Under the pieces are notes generated by a model. It was not told the DNA's origin and searched no databases. It saw only the letters and a list, made by a program, of their open reading frames with translations. Shown here piece by piece: positions 57,782 through 63,979 of a DNA stretch of 63,979 nucleotides. Numbering within the stretch: the first letter of the stretch is position 1; each line of letters starts with the position of its first letter. The stretch comes from Chthonomonas calidirosea (lineage in GTDB: Bacteria; Armatimonadota; Fimbriimonadia; Fimbriimonadales; Fimbriimonadaceae). The DNA is taken from assembly GCA_945859975.1 (NCBI GenBank), contig CAMAPH010000012.1, positions 1-63,979 on the forward strand. Reading direction: 5' to 3'. The position numbers and the translations under genes are program-made.

Positions 57782-58690
57782 TTATTTTATAGTGTTAAAT
57801 GTCGGCGGCCCTTTGAGCCATCCCAATGCCCCCAAAAACTCATCCGCGCTGACGAGCGTCCTCTTCACAAATGGCTCCTTGTTAAAGAACGCGTGATCCT
57901 GGTCAGGAAAGCCGATGAGCTTGCATTGGTTTCCTTTGGCCGTCATTCGATCTGCGAACATTTTCGCAGTTTGAAAGGGAATGGTTTCATCGGCGTGTCC
58001 ATGAAAAATTATCGTGGGTGGAACGCCGGATCTTATGTGGTGTGCGGGTGACAGCTTGGATGCTTCGGCGCCTAAGAACGCCTCATTTGGGGCAGCGCGA
58101 ACGCTCTTTATGTCAAAACCAGGCAAAGACGTTAGTACCAACGCCGGATTGAATAGGACAAGCGCGTTGGGAACGGCACTAACCGATTTGTCTTCGCCAG
58201 GAGCGTCAAACTCGCTGATCGTTGCGGTGCAGGCCGCGAGATGTCCGCCAGCCGAACCACCCGCCGACGCAATCTTGTTTGGATCGACGCCTAACCGTTT
58301 TGCGTTCGCGCGAACCCATCGGATCGCCGATCTCGCGTCCGAAACGCTGTCTTTGATTTGGGATTGGTGGCGTGATCTGACCCGATAATCAGCCGTGATC
58401 GCCACCATGCCCCGCGACGCGAAGTACCGAGCATGGGCTTCAAACTGCTTGGTTGATCCCGAACTCCAACCACCTCCCGAAAAGAACACGATGGCCGGCC
58501 TGAGCTTATTACCTTCGGATGTTGGGTCCTCGTAGATATAGAGGTCGAGTCGTGCGCCATTGACCGATTTGTAAAGCAGGGATTTTGGTCCGCCATCGGT
58601 CTGAGATCTAGCGAATCCACGACTAAGCACCGAACAGCCCAGTAGGCCGGGGACGATCAGAAAGAGAATCAGTTTGGTCGAGTTGTTCAT
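57782..58690 (-). CDS. Alpha/beta hydrolase (esterase/lipase-like), exported
   Basis: FSGGGW, DYR, GGSAGGHLA, HGHADETIP, HAFFN. Confidence 0.9.
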   Translation of the reverse strand: MNNSTKLILFLIVPGLLGCSVLSRGFARSQTDGGPKSLLYKSVNGARLDLYIYEDPTSEGNKLRPAIVFFSGGGWSSGSTKQFEAHARYFASRGMVAITADYRVRSRHQSQIKDSVSDARSAIRWVRANAKRLGVDPNKIASAGGSAGGHLAACTATISEFDAPGEDKSVSAVPNALVLFNPALVLTSLPGFDIKSVRAAPNEAFLGAEASKLSPAHHIRSGVPPTIIFHGHADETIPFQTAKMFADRMTAKGNQCKLIGFPDQDHAFFNKEPFVKRTLVSADEFLGALGWLKGPPTFNTIK

Positions 58691-58893
58691 TCCGCTGCCC
58701 CATTCTGAGGGAGTTTGCTCCGTGAGTTTGTGAGCAATTGAGGTAACCGCTATGGTCGCATAGACGCTGGTTGGTCGTCCAGGTTCATGATCCTTTTTGA
58801 AGAAAACATGATCGACTTTCGGAGCCTCAATTCGGATGAGATCCTTTACATCGTCAAATCACCGGCTTTATCCGGTATGGACAAGAAAAGCGT

Positions 58894-58969
58894 TGGTACT
58901 CCGGACGGGATTCGAACCCGCGACCTTCGCCGTGAGAGGGCGATGTCCTAACCACTAGACGACCGGAGC
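58894..58969 (-). tRNA. tRNA-Glu (anticodon CTC)
   Basis: 76-nt cloverleaf GCTCCGG...TCGCC-CTCTCAC-GGCGA...GGTTCGAATCC...CCGGAGT-ACCA with encoded CCA. Confidence 0.97.
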
Positions 58970-59000
58970 AATCAGGACCCAGAAGGATACCCGGCGGGGC

Positions 59001-59222
59001 TTACGGAAGGGTCCGTCTACCGCCGCCGATCGCTTTTTTTCCCATCAGGCTGTACGCGCCGTACGCGATCACGCCAATGACGGCAACCACAACGGCCACC
59101 TTCAGGGCACCGATGATGAGCGGGAAGAGGATATTCGTGGTGAGCCACACGATCAAAACCGCGGCCAAAATCCAACCCAACAATCTCCAGCTATTTGACT
59201 TCTTTTCCATGTTCCTTGCCAT
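59001..59222 (-). CDS. Small membrane protein
   Basis: 73-aa ORF with two hydrophobic helices and a basic tail. Confidence 0.7.
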   Translation of the reverse strand: MARNMEKKSNSWRLLGWILAAVLIVWLTTNILFPLIIGALKVAVVVAVIGVIAYGAYSLMGKKAIGGGRRTLP

Positions 59223-59347
59223 TTCGGAGGGAAGGTCAACGCCATCGTTAACCTAACGTAATCTACACCAGATTCTCCGAAACGGGACGGGGCATGGGAC
59301 GTTTAGCACCGGCAACCCAGGGCATAAATCCGGTGTAGAGTGTTGAT

Positions 59348-60211
59348 ATGACGCTTCCTGTGCAAAAAACCGCCCGATTCGACTCGGAGCAGGATGACTA
59401 TTTGCAGATCAATGCGCCCATCTTGGCCGACTGGCTCGTTCGGTTTCTCCGCGAAGAAGTTCTAGAGCGGCGGGGAATCAAGAACGTCGTCCTCGGACTT
59501 TCTGGCGGAGTGGATTCGGCGGTCGTGGCTTACCTTTGTGCGCAAGCGTTCGGACCCGAGCACGTGTACGCGTTCCGAATGCCGTACAAAATCTCGTCCC
59601 AAGAGAGCATCGATCATGCAAACCTCGTGGTGGATGATCTCGGCATCAACGTGAGAACCATCGAAATCACCGCGATGGTCGATGGCTACATTTCCAACTT
59701 CGAGCCCGAAATCAGCGCAAGCCGATTGGGCAACGTCTGCGCTCGATGCCGCATGATCACGATCTTCGACCAAAGCGCAAAGGTCGGCGGTCTCCCCATC
59801 GGTACCGGGAACAAGAGTGAGCGGCTCTTTGGTTACTTCACATGGCATGCAGACGATAGCCCCCCGATCAACCCGCTCGGCGACCTCTTTAAGACCCAAG
59901 TCTGGCAACTAGCGGAAGAGCTGGGCGTGCCGCCAGAAATCATCCACAAACCCGCCACCGCCGACTTGATCAAAGGACAAACCGACGAGATCGATTTCGG
60001 CATCACCTACCGAAAAGCCGACCGACTTCTGCACTTCATGACGCAGGGCTACAACCAGGAAAAGCTGATCGAAATGGGGTTTGCGCCCGAAGAGGTTGCG
60101 CTCGTGTTTAAGCGCGTTGACGGCACCCACTGGAAGCGGCGACTACCGACCGTCGCGATGCTCAGCAGCACTGCGATCGGCGAGTACTATCTGCGCCCCG
60201 TGGACTACTAA
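59348..60211 (+). CDS. nadE: NH3-dependent NAD+ synthetase
   Basis: LGLSGGVDSAV, GN..AR.RM, GTGNKSE..GYFT, NPLGDLFKTQV, PATADL. Confidence 0.95.
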   Translation: MTLPVQKTARFDSEQDDYLQINAPILADWLVRFLREEVLERRGIKNVVLGLSGGVDSAVVAYLCAQAFGPEHVYAFRMPYKISSQESIDHANLVVDDLGINVRTIEITAMVDGYISNFEPEISASRLGNVCARCRMITIFDQSAKVGGLPIGTGNKSERLFGYFTWHADDSPPINPLGDLFKTQVWQLAEELGVPPEIIHKPATADLIKGQTDEIDFGITYRKADRLLHFMTQGYNQEKLIEMGFAPEEVALVFKRVDGTHWKRRLPTVAMLSSTAIGEYYLRPVDY

Positions 60212-60213
60212 AC

Positions 60214-60251
60214 AAAAAATGGCCCCGAGATATCGTTTCGGGGCCATTTTT
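60214..60251. terminator. Bidirectional intrinsic terminator
   Basis: AAAAATGGCCCCGA...TCGGGGCCATTTTT between convergent genes. Confidence 0.88.
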
Positions 60252-60259
60252 GAGTTGTC

Positions 60260-62869
60260 TTAGTGCTTCTCAGCGAGCAGTGCTTCGATGTGCTTCTGTA
60301 CCGAGCGAGGCAGCTTTGCCCAAGGGCTGAAGCAGCTGAGCTTCGACCAGGTTGCCTTCTCGATTCCGAACATCGAGAGCATCTCGAATCCGCCACCGCC
60401 GGAGTCCTTGGTGAACTTGTCAGCAAGGATCTTGCCGATGTCCTCTCGGGTCTGAGCGAGGTGCAGGGAAGTGAGTTTGTCCTTCGTCTTCGGCATTGCT
60501 GCATCAATCTGCTTTGCCAGGGCCTTTAGTTCAGCCTTTACGAGCAGTTTCAGGTCGGTTCGAGTCGCCGCGTATCCGTTGATTCGACCGTCCATTGCCG
60601 TTAGGTACGAGCGCTGAAGGTTGCGTCGGAAGATGTCAATCTTCGGCGCTGGAGCCGAAAGCTCGGTAAACACACCGCTCTGAACCGTCTTCAGCATCTC
60701 TTCAACGCTGAGGTGGTTCTTGGGGTTCGCCGTTTCGAGGTCGAACATTCGGCTCACTCGGTCCTCGTTGAAGAGGGCGCTGAACAGGAATCGCTGCTGA
60801 CCAACAACGTCGCTGACCAATCCGTCTGGCGCGATTCGATCTCGAATCTCCGGCGTAAACAAGCCCTTCGGCGTCTGCATTCCGGTCGTCGCGAGGAACT
60901 TCACCGCTCGTCGCTGCTTTTCAACTGGGTTCTGTCGGAACACGACACCGCCGCGACCGGCGTGGTTATCCGATTCGATGACGCCGCCGATGTTCTCAAC
61001 AACGTGATAAAGCTCGGTGAATCGCTGCCCGAGCAAGTTGCTCACCATCTCGGAGAGCTTGGTGTAGTCCTCGCCGAACTTTGTCGTCGCGGTCAGCAAC
61101 TTTGTGGTTGCGATGTTGTCGAGGTTCAGCAAGCCCAATCGAGTCGCCTCAACCGCGTCGGAGCTGATGTCCTCTGACTGAACGGTAGGATCCTGGCTGT
61201 ACTTATAGTTGCCAAACCGCAGGGAAGGGTTGTTGACCTGCAAAGCAAGGTGTCGATCTAGGAATGGCTTCTCTGCATCGGCGCTGTTCGCTCCCGGAAT
61301 CGGCTTGTAGCCGTACTCGATCGCAAACTTGTCGTAGTCGCCAATCTTGCCGATAGTTTGCGTCACATTGTCGCCAGGCTGAGCAACGTAGTTGAACCGA
61401 GAGTAGTCCATGATCGAAGCCGAGAGGCCCTTCTCATTGGTGAACTTCGGATCGCGAAGCTGCGCCGGCGTGTACCACGCGCTGCCCTTAAAGTTGTGCT
61501 CAAGGCCAAGCGTGTGACCGACTTCGTGAGCGGACACGTAGCGAACCAATTCGCCCATCAGCTCCTCTGGGAAGGGAAGCTTCGCCGCCTTTGGATCGGT
61601 GGCTGCGCACTGGGCGAAGTACCACTCTTCGAGCAACTTCACGATGTCGTTCCAGAAGATGATGTGAGCGGAGATCGTTTCGCCGGATCGTGGGTCCTGG
61701 ATGCTTGGGCCCATCGCGTTCGCAATCTGGCTCGGTGCCCAGCGAATGACGCTGTAGCGAACGTCCTCGGGATGCCAGTTCGGATCTTCGGCTTCGGTTG
61801 GAGCATCTTTGCAGATGATCGCGTTCTTGAAGCCAGCTTGCTCAAAGGCAACCTGCCAGTCTTCGACACCCTTCTTCAGCCACTTTCGCCATCGGTCCGG
61901 AACCTCTCGCGATAGGTAGTAAACGATCGGCTCCTTTGGCTCGCTCAGGGCCGCGTTCGGGTCCTTCTTTTCGAGTCGGAATCGGGAGATGTACTCGGTA
62001 GCTTTCGAAATGCCATCTGGTCGTCCGAACTCGGTAAAGCCGACGGTGAAGAAGCCGATTCGGCTGTCCTTGTAGCGTGGCTGCATTGGCTTCTCAGGAA
62101 GCTCGACGAGGCTGTAGTGGACCTTTGCCGTAACGGTGCTGGCATCAGATCGTGGGCCGCCGCCGAAGAAGAAGCCACCACCGCCGCCACCCATGAAGGT
62201 GAGGACCGATCGGGTCTCGATGTTCTTCGGGAATGCCTTGACCGTGTCAACGAAGGAACGATTTGGGTTCGCGCCACCGGCCGAAACCGCACTGCGAACG
62301 CTGAAGTCTGCCGGATCCGAAGTGAACAGCTGGGTGACGTCGATAACGGCCGTCTTGGCGTCTTTCTCGCCCCCTTCAGCTTCAACCGCAAAGTCAAAGA
62401 TGATGGGCTCTAGAGTGTTCCAAGCGACGCCCTTTTCTAGGCCAGCATCGTTGAAGGCGCGCAGGCCCTTCTCAACGTTGCGAAGATAGATCTTGTTTCC
62501 GCGACGTGTGAATCGCACCACGCGCGCTCCGGTGGCCGTTCCAGGGTAGCTAAACGGGCCAAGCGGCGGAAGCTCGGCGACTTCGGTTTGCCAAAGCAGT
62601 TCCTTGTTCAGCTTGTCAACCGGAATTTCCCAAAGGATCTTGTCGTCAATACGGTGAACCTTGAACATGCCGGTTTGGGTGACGGCTTCTTTAGTAACCA
62701 CATCCTTGTACGGCTTGGGTTCGCCGGGCTTTGGTGCCGGAGTTTCGGGCTTTTGCTCGGCCGCCGCCGCGGCTGGCTTCTCTTCCGCCGGCGGAGGCGT
62801 CTGCGCAAGCGCAAGTTGATTGAAAGGGATTAACGCCAAAAAGGCTACGTACTTAAATGGGGTTCTCAT
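60260..62869 (-). CDS. Zinc-dependent metalloprotease (DUF5117/DUF5118/DUF4953, EcxA-like)
   Basis: HEVGHTLGLEHNF zincin motif, SIMDY Met-turn, DPRSGETI; signal peptide. Confidence 0.92.
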   Translation of the reverse strand: MRTPFKYVAFLALIPFNQLALAQTPPPAEEKPAAAAAEQKPETPAPKPGEPKPYKDVVTKEAVTQTGMFKVHRIDDKILWEIPVDKLNKELLWQTEVAELPPLGPFSYPGTATGARVVRFTRRGNKIYLRNVEKGLRAFNDAGLEKGVAWNTLEPIIFDFAVEAEGGEKDAKTAVIDVTQLFTSDPADFSVRSAVSAGGANPNRSFVDTVKAFPKNIETRSVLTFMGGGGGGFFFGGGPRSDASTVTAKVHYSLVELPEKPMQPRYKDSRIGFFTVGFTEFGRPDGISKATEYISRFRLEKKDPNAALSEPKEPIVYYLSREVPDRWRKWLKKGVEDWQVAFEQAGFKNAIICKDAPTEAEDPNWHPEDVRYSVIRWAPSQIANAMGPSIQDPRSGETISAHIIFWNDIVKLLEEWYFAQCAATDPKAAKLPFPEELMGELVRYVSAHEVGHTLGLEHNFKGSAWYTPAQLRDPKFTNEKGLSASIMDYSRFNYVAQPGDNVTQTIGKIGDYDKFAIEYGYKPIPGANSADAEKPFLDRHLALQVNNPSLRFGNYKYSQDPTVQSEDISSDAVEATRLGLLNLDNIATTKLLTATTKFGEDYTKLSEMVSNLLGQRFTELYHVVENIGGVIESDNHAGRGGVVFRQNPVEKQRRAVKFLATTGMQTPKGLFTPEIRDRIAPDGLVSDVVGQQRFLFSALFNEDRVSRMFDLETANPKNHLSVEEMLKTVQSGVFTELSAPAPKIDIFRRNLQRSYLTAMDGRINGYAATRTDLKLLVKAELKALAKQIDAAMPKTKDKLTSLHLAQTREDIGKILADKFTKDSGGGGFEMLSMFGIEKATWSKLSCFSPWAKLPRSVQKHIEALLAEKH

Positions 62870-62996
62870 GCTCTAGCACCGGATTCGACAAGATTCCGCA
62901 AACAGCATCATAACCTACGCAGAGCGAATCCGAAACGCACCCGGCGGTGGATCGTTGGAACTCTAGGCAGAATTCTTCTGGTAGGTTGCTATTGCG

Positions 62997-63979
62997 ATGC
63001 TCTCCGCACGATTGCTACCTGCCCGACTAGGGCTTTTGTCCTTCCTTACTTTCGCGCTTGTCTCGAGTGGCGCGGGGCAACAAGCGAAGAAGTCGATCCT
63101 AGATGGTGATTGGAAGCGCGTCGAAGCCCTGTCATCCGCACTAATTTCGCCAAACGGTAAGTGGATCAGCTACGTGCTTTCCCCGGTTGAAGGAGATCCG
63201 ACCCTCACCGTCAAGAGCGCGGATGAGCCCATTGCTTGGTCAATTCCCGGTGGACGCGGAGCACGTTTTGCCAAGAACAACCAGTACGTCGCCTTCTTGA
63301 TTTCTCCACCACGTGCCATCGCGGAGAAGCTTCGAGCCGAAAGGAAGCCCGCCAATCCACGCTTGGGCCTCCGATTGCTCCCTAGTGGTGAGGAGCGATA
63401 TGTCGAAAATGTTGAGCAGTTCGAACTTCTGGAAGATGGGAAGTACATCCTCACCCGCCGCTCAAGAGCACTCGACTCGAAGGAACCCCGGAGCGACCTC
63501 ACGCTTATCGAAAGTGCGACCGGGCAAACCCTGACCATCGGCAACGTCGTGTCAGCTTCTGTCAACAAAGCCGAAAACCTCATTGCGATGCAAATCGCAT
63601 CGGACAACGACGAAGGCGGCGTCCAGATTCTTGAGCCAAGCACCGGTCGCGTGAAGACCCTCATGTGGGGAAGAGACCGCATCGCCGGAATCGCTTGGTC
63701 AGAAAAGGCAAACGTCCTTGCTTGGCTCGCCGGATCAGAATTGCCGAACAAAGTTGGCATCAACTACCGAATCCACGCTCTCACCCTGGAAGGCACTGAG
63801 CCCAAGGACCGCGCCGTTTACGAAATTGGCAAGGATGAAAAGCTGCCCGCCGGATTCCGGATCAGCGAGACCAGACCTCTCCGCGTGAACGATGCCGGAA
63901 CCAAAGTCGCCTTCGGAATTCAATCTTGGGCGGACAAACCCAAACCGGCCAAGCCTGGCGAGGTCAGCGATGTCGAGGT
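62997..63979 (+). CDS. Probable S9-family peptidase, N-terminal part, 3'-truncated
   Basis: ORF absent from the track because it runs off the window; signal peptide then ISPNGKWISY...EGD beta-propeller-like start; catalytic domain not visible. Confidence 0.6.
   Translation, partial: MLSARLLPARLGLLSFLTFALVSSGAGQQAKKSILDGDWKRVEALSSALISPNGKWISYVLSPVEGDPTLTVKSADEPIAWSIPGGRGARFAKNNQYVAFLISPPRAIAEKLRAERKPANPRLGLRLLPSGEERYVENVEQFELLEDGKYILTRRSRALDSKEPRSDLTLIESATGQTLTIGNVVSASVNKAENLIAMQIASDNDEGGVQILEPSTGRVKTLMWGRDRIAGIAWSEKANVLAWLAGSELPNKVGINYRIHALTLEGTEPKDRAVYEIGKDEKLPAGFRISETRPLRVNDAGTKVAFGIQSWADKPKPAKPGEVSDVE

Noticed and set aside
63170..63763. 197-aa minus-strand ORF near the window end
   Set aside because: Antisense to the plus-strand ORF from 62997, which has a signal peptide and runs off the window
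1..63979. CRISPR array or integron attC cassette array explaining the many singleton genes
   Set aside because: I saw no regularly spaced repeats, no repeated attC-like palindromes, and no cas or integrase genes; gene orientations are mixed

Overview
This is a GC-rich bacterial chromosomal window. Gene content and style suggest Armatimonadota/Fimbriimonadaceae, which is an inference only. Housekeeping genes sit at both ends: trpE and leuD on the left; tRNA-Glu(CTC), nadE, a Zn-metalloprotease and a partial S9-like peptidase on the right. Between them lies a ~40 kb patchwork of accessory genes: glycoside hydrolases (GtaA-like, GH2, GH78, multi-CBM GH5 with LacI), an arsR-arsM-arsC operon, a yybP-ykoY riboswitch ahead of a Zn-ribbon gene and terC, VIT1, aqpZ, several alpha/beta hydrolases, ankyrin/TPR/LRR singletons, a small-protein/nucleotidyltransferase pair and an iodotyrosine deiodinase homolog. 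I saw no integrase, CRISPR array or rRNA. Most notable signals: (1) a ~145-nt structured, riboswitch-like leader with its own promoter ahead of an ankyrin gene; (2) a degenerate duplicate of a phosphotransferase 3' end bracketing an LRR gene; (3) widespread apparent leaderless gene starts; (4) a 193-bp internally deleted IS3-type element; (5) a promoter-plus-hairpin candidate sRNA ahead of the deiodinase homolog. Family names come from motif recognition, not from database searches.
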